Position numbers and translations under genes: made by a program. A stretch of 53,818 bases of DNA, from the NCBI GenBank assembly GCA_918241715.1, contig CAKJYB010000022.1, positions 1 through 53,818 of the forward strand, written 5' to 3'. The DNA comes from Clostridiales bacterium. GTDB taxonomy: Bacteria; Bacillota; Clostridia; Christensenellales; UBA1242. The notes beneath the pieces were generated by a model. It did not search any database. It saw only the letters and a list, made by a program, of their open reading frames with translations, and was not told where the DNA came from. This document shows positions 7,644 through 17,100 of the stretch, in pieces. The first letter of the stretch is position 1. Each line of letters starts with the position of its first letter.

Positions 7644-8145
7644 CGCCATTCTTCTTCCCATAATCTTTCTTTCTGTTTTCGTCTATTGCATCATAAAAAA
7701 AGTAAACACTTACGACAATTTTGTAAAAGGTGCAAAAGGTGCAATATCTCTTGTTGTTGAAATCTTTCCTTATATTGCGTCAATTTTGATTGCCGTGGCT
7801 CTTTTAAGACTCAGTGGCATAACAGCATTTTTGACAAAAATGTTCTCTCCGTTTTTCAATCTTTTGGGAATCCCCACAGAACTCTGCGAACTTGTCATGC
7901 TTCGCCCTTTCACCGGAAGTGGTGGTTATGGAATTTTGGAAAACATCTTCAAAACCTATGGTGCAGACAGCTATATTTCAAGATGTGCCTGCGTGATTAT
8001 GGGATGCAGTGAAACCATTTTTTATGTCGCCACAATCTATATTTCAAAAACAAAAGTCAAAAGACTTTTATATGCCATTCCGGTTGCACTTTTTTGCTCT
8101 TTTGTCGGAACAATTGTCGCCTGTCTTGTTTGCAAAGTGTTTTAA
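7630..8145 (+). CDS. spmB: Spore maturation protein B-like membrane protein
   Basis: 171-aa protein that overlaps spmA by 14 nt. RPFTGSGGYGILENIFKTYGADSYISRCA is the SpmB pattern. Confidence 0.8.
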   Translation: MNNLNAILLPIIFLSVFVYCIIKKVNTYDNFVKGAKGAISLVVEIFPYIASILIAVALLRLSGITAFLTKMFSPFFNLLGIPTELCELVMLRPFTGSGGYGILENIFKTYGADSYISRCACVIMGCSETIFYVATIYISKTKVKRLLYAIPVALFCSFVGTIVACLVCKVF

Positions 8146-8176
8146 AAAAAATCACTTCTTCCTAAAGTGATTTTTT
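8144..8176. terminator. Bidirectional terminator between spmB and the convergent methyltransferase gene
   Basis: ATCACTT (8151-8157) / AAGTGAT (8165-8171) form a 7-bp stem, flanked by an A7 run and a T6 run. The right arm overlaps the last codons of the minus-strand gene. Confidence 0.55.
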
Positions 8177-8893
8177 ATAGTTTTTTGTTTTTAAATCTTC
8201 CAAATAATTGCCATTTTCTTCATTCGTAATCAAATTTTTGTAAACTTTGACTCCATTTTTTGCATTTTTGACGGCTTTCAAAACAACCAACTTGACTTTG
8301 CCTTTTCCATTTTCTGTAAAGAAAAGTTCCTTTACAATAAGGTTGTTTTTTTGACACAAGGCAATAAGTTCTGCGCTTCTTTCTGCCAAATAGCAACAAT
8401 AAAAACTTCCATTGTTTTTTAATAGTTTTGCAGATGTTTCAACAAACTCACCAAGCGGCAAACAAACTTCTTCTCTTGCAATCTTTCTTGACAAAGTTTG
8501 CTCAAAATTTGTCTCTTTAAAATATGGTGGATTTGAAAAGACAACATCAACGCTTTCTTTCTTTAAATACTTTTCAAAGTTTTGCACTTTATCGCAAACA
8601 AGTTTTATTTTGTCTTCAAGTTTGTTTAGTTTTATGTTTTTTTCGCAAAGGTTTTGCATCTCTTTTTGAATTTCAAAAGCATAAATCTTTTCAAGTGGCA
8701 TTTTTGCCTGCAGAAGAATTGAAATAACTCCACTCCCTGCACCAATTTCAACACAGACATCTTGTTTTTTTGTTTTTACAAAATTTGCAAGCACAACGCT
8801 GTCAGAAGAAAACGCATAAAGATTTTTGTCTTGGATAATCTTAAGCCCATCACATTGTAAATCTTCCATTCTTTCTGTTGGTTTTAATTTCAT
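8162..8893 (-). CDS. SAM-dependent N6-adenine methyltransferase, YabB/YfiC (tRNA1-Val m6A37)-like
   Basis: VEIGAGSGVISILL (SAM motif I) and VFSNPPYFK (NPPY motif). It occupies the same position as B. subtilis yabB downstream of holB-yaaT. AAGGAAG SD; overlaps the ricT stop by 4 nt. Confidence 0.85.
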   Translation of the reverse strand: MKLKPTERMEDLQCDGLKIIQDKNLYAFSSDSVVLANFVKTKKQDVCVEIGAGSGVISILLQAKMPLEKIYAFEIQKEMQNLCEKNIKLNKLEDKIKLVCDKVQNFEKYLKKESVDVVFSNPPYFKETNFEQTLSRKIAREEVCLPLGEFVETSAKLLKNNGSFYCCYLAERSAELIALCQKNNLIVKELFFTENGKGKVKLVVLKAVKNAKNGVKVYKNLITNEENGNYLEDLKTKNYKKSL

Positions 8894-9711
8894 TTTTCTT
8901 CCTTTTTGAATGTGATTTCTGCAAGTGGATAAGTTTTGATTTCGCTTTCTTCTCCACGCACAAATTTTACGTCAACTTCACGTTTTAAAAGATCATTGAA
9001 GACAACAACCCCTTTGCCATCTTTTGTTGAAACTTGAGAGTTTACTTTTGGCATTTCTTTGATTGCTTCTTGATATATAGGATTTTCATAGGCAAGGCAA
9101 CACATAAGTTTCCCACAAAGTCCACTGATACTTGCAGGATTAAGTGAAAGGTTTTGATTTTTTGCCATCTTCATGGAAACATGTTCAAGCTCTCCCAAAC
9201 TCTGAACACAACAGCAAATTTTTCCACATGGGCCAATTCCACCCAAAAGTCTTACTTCATCACGACTTCCAACTTGTCTAAGTTCAACTTTCTTTTTCAA
9301 AACGACAGCAAGTTTTTTTACAAGTTCTCTAAAGTCCACTCTGTTTTCTGCTGTAAAACTGATTATATATCTTGAATTGTCATAACTTGCTTCAACTTTG
9401 ATAATTTTCATTTCAAGTTTTTCTTCTCTTGCAAGTCTTTTTACTTCAAGATAATGTTTTTCTGCTTCTTTGTCGTATTCCTGTGCCTTTTCAACCATTT
9501 CTTTTGACGCTTTCTTTAAAACTTTTTTAAGTGGTGAAACAAGCGTGCTTGAATCAATCTCTTCCTTTCCAGAAAAAACTTTTCCAAGGTCTGCCCCTTT
9601 TTCTGTGTCAACGACAACATCGTCTCCAACTTTCAACTCAAGCCCGTTTGGGTCAAAAGAATACACGTTGTTGCTCCCCTTAAATTTTATCCCAACAACT
9701 TCTATTTGCAT
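8890..9711 (-). CDS. ricT: PSP1-domain protein RicT/YaaT (stage 0 sporulation / RNase Y specificity complex component)
   Basis: The N-terminus VVGIKFKGSNNVYSFDPNGLELKVGDDVVVDTEKGADLGKV and the Cys cluster GPCGKICCC...LCGKLMCCLAYE are hallmark YaaT/PSP1 features. Confidence 0.9.
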   Translation of the reverse strand: MQIEVVGIKFKGSNNVYSFDPNGLELKVGDDVVVDTEKGADLGKVFSGKEEIDSSTLVSPLKKVLKKASKEMVEKAQEYDKEAEKHYLEVKRLAREEKLEMKIIKVEASYDNSRYIISFTAENRVDFRELVKKLAVVLKKKVELRQVGSRDEVRLLGGIGPCGKICCCVQSLGELEHVSMKMAKNQNLSLNPASISGLCGKLMCCLAYENPIYQEAIKEMPKVNSQVSTKDGKGVVVFNDLLKREVDVKFVRGEESEIKTYPLAEITFKKEEK

Positions 9712-10658
9712 AAGTATTTTACCTCCAACATTCTCATAAGGAAATTGTCAATTAAAACCGAAAAGTTTGCATTAAATTCAAGTTTTTCTCTCAAAGACAA
9801 AATAAGTTTTGATATTTCGCAGAGAGCTTCTATTGAATACTCCGGCTCAACGTCCTTAAGCTCTCTCAAAAAAGGCGTAAGTTTGCACAACGCTTCACTT
9901 TCACATTTAATTTTTATGACATCTTCAATGCAAAGAGAAAGCACTTGTACAATCAACTCAAAGTTTTGAATATAGCCAGAAACGCCTTTTGAATATTTTA
10001 AAACATCTTTGCTTGACTTCATTTTTGTAAACAATTCTACCGAAAAATTTACAATCGGCTTCAAATTTTCGTTGTTTTCAAGCTCAAAAGTCTTTCCAAT
10101 ATATCCACCACCCAAAATCCTTGCAAGTTCGTTTGAACTAAACTTTTCAATATCTTCTTTGGAAAGTGGTGCTATTTTTATTTTTTCACAACGGCTTCTT
10201 ATCGTTGGCAAAACCCTTGCTTCATTTTTTGCGCTTATCAAAAAGAAAACATTTTTTGGTGGCTCTTCCAAAATTTTTAAAAGTTTGTTTTGTGCTTCTT
10301 CAGTTGAAACATCAATATTGTTTACAACAAAAATCTTGTATGGCAAATTTACCGGTTTGATGTATGCTTCTGCAACAATGTCGTTTGAATCTGCCACCAA
10401 CAATTTTTCATTGTTCTTTGGATAAGTTTTTACGTCCAAATCAACGCCACTTTCAACCCTAAAAAATTCTGCGCTGTTTTCGTCAAACAAATCAAACATT
10501 TTGTATTCAAGAAGAAGTGCCGTCATTGTCAAAACTTTTTTGCTTGTGTATTCGTCTTCACACAAAAACATAATGGAGTTTGAAAGAGTGTTTTTTTCTT
10601 TCTTCTCCACCAAATTTTTAAAAAAATCTTGGTTTTTTATTGTTTCGACAAATCCCAT
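9702..10658 (-). CDS. holB: DNA polymerase III delta-prime subunit (divergent, degenerate P-loop)
   Basis: KLLKILEEPPKNVFFLISAKNEARVLPTIRSRCEKIKIAPLS carries the clamp-loader sensor motifs (LEEPP, TIxSRC). The holB-yaaT-yabB order is conserved. Confidence 0.85.
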   Translation of the reverse strand: MGFVETIKNQDFFKNLVEKKEKNTLSNSIMFLCEDEYTSKKVLTMTALLLEYKMFDLFDENSAEFFRVESGVDLDVKTYPKNNEKLLVADSNDIVAEAYIKPVNLPYKIFVVNNIDVSTEEAQNKLLKILEEPPKNVFFLISAKNEARVLPTIRSRCEKIKIAPLSKEDIEKFSSNELARILGGGYIGKTFELENNENLKPIVNFSVELFTKMKSSKDVLKYSKGVSGYIQNFELIVQVLSLCIEDVIKIKCESEALCKLTPFLRELKDVEPEYSIEALCEISKLILSLREKLEFNANFSVLIDNFLMRMLEVKYLCK

Positions 10659-10664
10659 ATACTG

Positions 10665-10693
10665 ATTTTATCATAATTGCGTCCAAAAAGCAA
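10665..10693 (-). promoter_or_regulatory. sigA-type promoter of holB-ricT-methyltransferase: -35 TTGCTT, 17 nt, extended -10 TGATAAAAT; ATG 7 nt after the -10 (leaderless geometry)
   Basis: Reverse complement of 10656-10693 is TTGCTT-N17(ending TGA)-TAAAAT-cagtat-ATG. No SD is present. Confidence 0.55.
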
Positions 10694-10718
10694 AAAAATT
10701 GCATTATTCAAAATGCAA
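10692..10718 (-). terminator. Weak rho-independent terminator at the end of the ATPase gene, fused to the holB promoter
   Basis: On the minus strand TTGCATT-ttgaat-AATGCAA (7-bp stem, 10699-10718) is followed by T7. The stem includes the last codons (KKLHFE*), and the T-run runs into the -35 TTGCTT. Confidence 0.4.
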
Positions 10719-13310
10719 TTTCTTTTTTAAACATCTTTTCTCTATCAGTTTGTAAACTTCTCCTATAAAAACTATTGAAACAGACAAAACAAAAACAATA
10801 AACCAACAGAATGGCGAAAGATTTTCAAGCGACAGAATTTTTCCAAAATTCGTTGTTGCCAAAAACAGAAGCATTCCAAAACCAAAAATCAGAGAAAAAT
10901 TTAAAAACTTGTTTTTAAAAGGGTTTGTTTTAAAACAGCACTCCTTTGTCCTTGCAGTAAACATAAAGAAAAGTTGCAACAAGTTTAGTGTGTAAAAGCC
11001 CATTGTCATTGCCACGCTTTCCCCTTGAAGTTTCAAGCCAACAAAATATGCCGTCATTGTAAGAATTGTCTGTGCAAACCCCAAAACAAAAATGCTTACG
11101 CCGTTTCTTCCGGAAAGAAGCCCCCTGTTTTTGTCTCTGGCCCTTTGCGTCATAATGTTCTTTTCGACCGGCTCTGTTCCAAGTGCGACTGCCGGCAAAG
11201 TGTCAGTGATAAGGTTTACAAACAAAATCTGTGCTGGCAAAAGAAAGGTTTTCCCCGGCAAGAAAATTGTGATAAAAAACAAAGCCAAAATCTCTGCCAT
11301 ATTTGCAGAAAAAAGATATTTGATTGTCTTTTGAATATTGCTGTATATCTTTCTTCCTTCTCTTACAGCAACAACAATTGTGGCAAAATTGTCGTCGGTA
11401 ATCAAAATGTCTGCAACGTCTTTTGTAACGTCCGTTCCACTCTTGCCCATGCCAATTCCGATGTCGGCTTTTTTCATGCTTGGTGCGTCGTTTACTCCGT
11501 CTCCGGTCATGGCAACAACGTGTCCGTTTTTCTTTAGTGCTTGCACAATCCTTGCCTTGTGAGTTGGACTGACTCTTGCAAAAACATTTTTCACTTTGAC
11601 AAGTTCTCCCAGTTCTTCATCACTGACAAGGTCAAGTTCTCTTCCAGAGACAACTTGACTTTCTTCACTGGCAATTCCAACCTTTCTTGCAACAGCAAGA
11701 GCCGTGTCTTTGAAGTCTCCTGTTATCATAATCGGTCTCATTCCGGCCTTTTTGCACGTTTCAACAGCATCAAAAATTTCTTTTCTTGGTGGATCAAAAA
11801 TTCCACAAATTCCTTGAAAAATCAAATTTTCTTCTTCAATATCTTGACACTTTTTGTATGCAAACGCCATCACCCTAAGAGCATGACTACACATGATTTT
11901 GTTTTGCAAAATTATCTTTTGTTTTGTGTTTTCGTCAAGATTAAAAACTTTCCCATCTCTTGCGTAAAACGTACATCTTTGCAAAATTTTGTCAAGAGCC
12001 CCTTTGACAAAACACACCATTTCACCATCAACAACATTTAATGTCGACATCATTTTTCTTTCTGAAGAAAAAGGGTTTTCTTTTACCCTGCAAAAAACGC
12101 TTTCCGTCTCTTCTTTTAAAACATGATTTTTTCTTGCAAAATCCAAAAGTGCAATTTCTGTTGCACTGCCAATATACCCACTTTTACCCTGCTGTGCGTT
12201 GTTGCAAAGAGCCATATTATACACAAAAAACTTGTTTGGAATGCAATTTTTGTCAAAACAGAACACTTTTTCTACTTTCATTTTGTTTTGCGTGATTGTC
12301 CCTGTTTTGTCCGAACAAATCACATCACAGGCACCAAGAGTTTCCACAGCGTGCATGTTTTTTACAATGGCTTTTTGCTTTGAAAGTTTTGCTATCCCAA
12401 GGCTCATTATGATTGTTATCACTGCAGGCAAACTCTCCGGAATTGCCGCAACAGAAATTGCGACAGCAGTCAAAAACGCCTGCAAGACAGAGTTTGGATT
12501 TGAAATAATCTCCAAAACAAAGGTTATTCCCGCAATAAGCAAAATTGCATACGTCAAAAACTTTCCAACTTTTTGAATGTCTTTTTGAAGTGGCGTTTGC
12601 TCCACTTTTGTCTCTTTTATGCTCTGCGCAATTTTTCCAAGTTCTGTTTGTGTCCCAAGTGCAACAACAACTCCCGTTGCGTTTCCACTTTCTACAACGC
12701 TTCCAGAAAACGCCATGTTTTTCTGTTCTGCAAGGACGATATTTTTTCCATGCAACTCTTCACAAGTTTTTTCTACAGCATGGCTCTCTCCCGTAAGCAT
12801 TGATTCGTTGACTTTGAAGTTTGAACATTCAACAATCCTTAAATCTGCCGGAACAATACACCCAGCAGAAAGCCTTACAATATCACCCAAAACCAAATCT
12901 TCTGTGCTTATTTTTTCAACTCTTCCGTCTCTTACAACATAGGTCTCTGGGTGGGTCATGTTTTTCAAACTCTCAATGGCCTTTTCGCTTTTTCTTTCTT
13001 GCAACGCACCAAAAGTTGCGTTTACAAAAACAATCCCAAGTATTATAAGCCCATCGACAATTTCGCCGGAAGATTTTTCAATCAATCCAACAACTATCGA
13101 CAGGACACTGGAAACAAGCAAAACCACAACCATCAAATCTTTGATTTGGGTAAGAAATTTTTTGAAAAAAGATTGTCTTTTTTGTGGCTTTATCTTGTAT
13201 TTTTCTGCTTCCAATCTTCTTTCTTTTGCCAAAAGCGCAGAAAGTCCTTTTTGTGATGTTTCAAATTCGATTAAACATTGTTTGACGCTTTGAGAATAAT
13301 ATTCTTTCAC
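10704..13310 (-). CDS. Cation-translocating P-type ATPase, Ca2+ (PMCA/SERCA, YloB-like) type
   Basis: 868 aa. Motifs seen: LTGES, ICSDKTGTITQNKM (phosphorylation site), IPESLPAV, MITGDFKDTA and TGDGVNDAPSMKKADIGIGMG. GTG start with AGGAG SD 5 nt upstream. Confidence 0.95.
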   Translation of the reverse strand: MKEYYSQSVKQCLIEFETSQKGLSALLAKERRLEAEKYKIKPQKRQSFFKKFLTQIKDLMVVVLLVSSVLSIVVGLIEKSSGEIVDGLIILGIVFVNATFGALQERKSEKAIESLKNMTHPETYVVRDGRVEKISTEDLVLGDIVRLSAGCIVPADLRIVECSNFKVNESMLTGESHAVEKTCEELHGKNIVLAEQKNMAFSGSVVESGNATGVVVALGTQTELGKIAQSIKETKVEQTPLQKDIQKVGKFLTYAILLIAGITFVLEIISNPNSVLQAFLTAVAISVAAIPESLPAVITIIMSLGIAKLSKQKAIVKNMHAVETLGACDVICSDKTGTITQNKMKVEKVFCFDKNCIPNKFFVYNMALCNNAQQGKSGYIGSATEIALLDFARKNHVLKEETESVFCRVKENPFSSERKMMSTLNVVDGEMVCFVKGALDKILQRCTFYARDGKVFNLDENTKQKIILQNKIMCSHALRVMAFAYKKCQDIEEENLIFQGICGIFDPPRKEIFDAVETCKKAGMRPIMITGDFKDTALAVARKVGIASEESQVVSGRELDLVSDEELGELVKVKNVFARVSPTHKARIVQALKKNGHVVAMTGDGVNDAPSMKKADIGIGMGKSGTDVTKDVADILITDDNFATIVVAVREGRKIYSNIQKTIKYLFSANMAEILALFFITIFLPGKTFLLPAQILFVNLITDTLPAVALGTEPVEKNIMTQRARDKNRGLLSGRNGVSIFVLGFAQTILTMTAYFVGLKLQGESVAMTMGFYTLNLLQLFFMFTARTKECCFKTNPFKNKFLNFSLIFGFGMLLFLATTNFGKILSLENLSPFCWFIVFVLSVSIVFIGEVYKLIEKRCLKKKLHFE

Positions 13311-13368
13311 AACAACTCCTGCTTTAAGTTATTTGAAGCAAAAGTTTAATATAACATTTCGACAAAAT

Positions 13369-14127
13369 TTACAGAACAAACAGACTTAGTATTGAAATAA
13401 AAAGCAGATAAACCGAAAACCATTTTAAGTTTGCCTTTTGTGTCAACTTTACCATTGTTTTTATGGCAAAAACCCCCACAAAAAACGCCGAAACAAAAGA
13501 AACAATAATTCCTGCAACGGAGAGTGAAATTGTCTGTTTTTGGCTGACAAATTCAAAAATTTCCATAAACATTGAAAGAACAATGATTGGTAGAGAAAGA
13601 AGAAACGAAAACTGCGTTGTCTCCGTCTTGTCTCTTTCACAAAAAAGACCGGCACCTATCGTTGCTCCAGATCGTGAAATTCCCGGAAAGACAGCAAACC
13701 CTTGAGCAACGCCAATCCAAAATGCTGACCGAAAATCAATTGGTTTTTGAGATTTTCTTTTTGACATTTTTTCTGACAAAAACAGAAAAACAGCAGAAAA
13801 AAGAAAGCAAAACGGAAGAATGTTTCCCCCAAATGACATTTTGATAAAAGGCAAAAGAATTATAACGATAACACATGTCGGTATTGTTGCAATATACAAA
13901 TTTAAGGTCTGTTTTGAAAAGGGATTTTTAACAAGTTTCCAAATGGTTTTTCTAAACACCACAACCACAGAAAGAAGTGTCGCAACATGCAATAGAATGC
14001 TCAAAAACATGTTTTCTTCAAGCCCAAAAATTTTTGAAAACAAGACAAGATGCCCAGAAGAAGATACGGGCAAAAATTCAGTCAAGCCCTGCAACACTCC
14101 AAGAAAAAACAAAGCAAGGATTTCCAT
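13369..14127 (-). CDS. uppP: Undecaprenyl-diphosphate phosphatase
   Basis: GVLQGLTEFLPVSSSGHLVL and PGISRSGATI are the two UppP/BacA signature motifs. 252 aa, AAGGAG SD. Confidence 0.95.
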   Translation of the reverse strand: MEILALFFLGVLQGLTEFLPVSSSGHLVLFSKIFGLEENMFLSILLHVATLLSVVVVFRKTIWKLVKNPFSKQTLNLYIATIPTCVIVIILLPFIKMSFGGNILPFCFLFSAVFLFLSEKMSKRKSQKPIDFRSAFWIGVAQGFAVFPGISRSGATIGAGLFCERDKTETTQFSFLLSLPIIVLSMFMEIFEFVSQKQTISLSVAGIIVSFVSAFFVGVFAIKTMVKLTQKANLKWFSVYLLFISILSLFVL

Positions 14128-14170
14128 ATGTTCTCCTTGCTTTATTTATATTTGTTTTTGTTTGTAAATA

Positions 14171-17100
14171 TTATTTTACAGACATTTTTTCCATACGCTT
14201 TTTGTTTCTCTTAGCAATATAGATGATTGTGATTGCTGTTCCTGTCAAAGCCAAAACGGCAGCACCAATGAGATACCAATACCAAACTTCAGCTTTGCCA
14301 CCTTCAATCACGGCTCTTTCTCCAATCACACCAAACAATCCGTCATAACTTGTATCTACATACAAATATGGGTTGTAAATTGCCGTAACCTGATGTTTGT
14401 TGAAATTGAAACGTCCGTTAAAGGCGTGTTCGATTGTTCCGATTGGCGTCCAGAATTCTGCCCCAATCTTTAAATCTTTCTTCAAAACATAACTTGCTTC
14501 GCTATAGTATTCTCCATACAAATTTTTTGCTCCGGAGTTTACTTTTTGCATCACAAACACAAGTTCTTCCACGCTGGAAATCTCATAAGGGTTTCTCTTT
14601 GTTCCTTCTCCTTCAAGGTTTACTTCAACAACTTTTTCTTCCCAAAGAAGTCTTCTAAACATAACTTGAAGTCTCAAAGTTCCCACAACTTGATTTTCTT
14701 CAATATATTCTGTTGTAAGTGAGATTTTTCCTTTGTCATAGAATGGCATAAGGTCGATTTCTCTTTCTCCAATTCCAATGACAATCGTGTCGATTGAATA
14801 TCTTGGATTTACTTCAAATCCAATTGTCATGTCTTGTCCACGATCCATTCTAAACATGTTTGTTCTGCGTGAATTGTACAACACAAATCCTGCCAAGTTT
14901 ACGTTGTCGGCATCAACTGCATTCAAGCCCTTTTGTTCTTCAACAAAATCTCTATTTACATAAATTGCCATGATTTCGTTTTGGAAGTTTGGAAGAAGTC
15001 TTATGTAGTGGTTTTCTGACATTTCTGGAGAAATTGTAAGTTCGAAATAATACTTTCCGTCAGCATATCTTGTGTGTCTTACGTCGTCTCTGTTCCAAAG
15101 TGCAGCAAACCCACCATCAATTTCAACTGCAAAGGTAACCACGTCTCCAACTTTCACTTCGATTTCGTTGAGAAGAATTGTAAAGACGTTTCTTATCTTT
15201 GAGCCGATTCTAAACGAACGTGAAGTGTTGTTGATTGATGTCGCAATTGCAGACATGATTTGTCCATGTGTATAGTCATAAGGCACTTCATTTCCAAGAG
15301 AATCCTGACTTGTAAACTTGATTGTTACATAGTCCCCTTGCAAATTCATAACAAAAGTTGTTTTTGCTGTCACATAGAGTCTGTCCCACTCTGGCGCAAT
15401 CGAACTTCTGCCACTTGTGATGTTGTTCCATCTTACAAATGTGTAGCCTTCTTTTGGAACAGCTCTAAGCATGAATGGGATTGTTGAATCAACATAACCT
15501 GCTCTCAAAAGAGCTTCTGCTTGTGTGTCTTTTGTCTCTTGGACAATATCGTAGTATCCTTCACCACCATAGACAACAACGTCAATCTTTACGTAGTAAA
15601 CAACTTGAATGTTTACTTCAACAATTGCGTCAAGTTCGTTTGTTACCCAAGGAACTGATGTCTGGCTTGTAGAAACTGGTTTCAGCACTTCGCCATTCTT
15701 GTTCTTTTGTGAAATCACAAACTTATAGAACTTGTATCCGTCCATTTCTGGCGCCGTGATGTTTATTGAAGTGTTGAATGCAACTTCAATATAGTATGGA
15801 GAATCCTTGTAGAACCAAGAATTTGTATAATCAACACCTTCAACCATGTCTTGTGCTGTGATAAGTGTTGGCACAGATGGAACAAGAGTGAAGATTATTC
15901 TTGTCTTAAGGTATGACCAATATAGGAAGATGGAAATTTCCATATCTCCTGTTTGTTCGTTTATACGTGCGTTTGTTGTAAGTTTGTAAGTAGAACTTCC
16001 GATATCATAATAATATCCTGTGTCTTGCCACAAAAGTGATGGAAGTCCGTCAGAATTGATGTATCTTACGCCTGCACCATTTTCATAACTGAAGAAGCCT
16101 TCGTAGGTGTATCCTTGCTTGTTGAGTTTAAGGTTGAGTTTTCCACCTGCATAAACAAGTCTGTCGTCATAGACAGAAATGTTTCCTTCATTTGTCTTGT
16201 TTACATTTATGAGTTTGCTGTATTCAACATTTCTGATTGTCGCAAGAACGCTTCCGTCTTCAACAAGGTGAACGACATATCTTCTTGGAGTTATCACAAC
16301 CCTGATTGTTGCTTCTTCAAAATAGTCTGCAACAACAAATGTTATCACTCCCATATATCCCGTTGTGTAAATGTCCATCTCTTCAAACGCAACACTGCTT
16401 GCAACAACAAGTCCACTTTCGTCAACAAACTGAATGTTGTCTGGGTCAATAAGATATCCCATGTCGATATATGCGTAAATCTTGAATGAACTATCTGTGT
16501 AAGCAGACATTTCGATTGTTGAATATCCAATACCTGAAGAGAACACTTTTCTTGGTTCTGCTGTTTCATAATTGAATGCTCCACCATCAACAGAGTCTTC
16601 TTCGACAGCAAAATCAATGCTTATCTTGTTGAGTGTTGGTCTAAACAAAACTGAGATTTCGCAATTCTCTCCACCAACAACGCCAACAATTTTGTAAATT
16701 GCATCGCCATCGTCTGCATCAGCTATTCTTGAAACGTTCATATTTTCGTTTTCAAATGCAATTCCATAGAAGACAAATCCTGCTCTTTCAAGTTTTGCCC
16801 TGATAAAGATTTCTTCTCCTGTGCATGCAATAATTGTAAATTCTTTGTTGTTTACAAGTTCTCCGTCAGTATAGTCGTCCAAACTATAGTGAACTCTTGT
16901 TCCTTCAACATAGCCATATTCGTTTACGTCAGCACCTTCTCCGTCAACAAGTTTGATTGATCCAACATTTCTGTTTTCTTCTCTCTCTCCTTCAACGTCG
17001 ATTTCTGTCTTTACAAAGACTCTTGAGCTCAATGCTCTTACAACCATATATATAGTGATTTCTGTTTGCTCTTCGTCAAGTCCCAATGTGGAGATATTTA

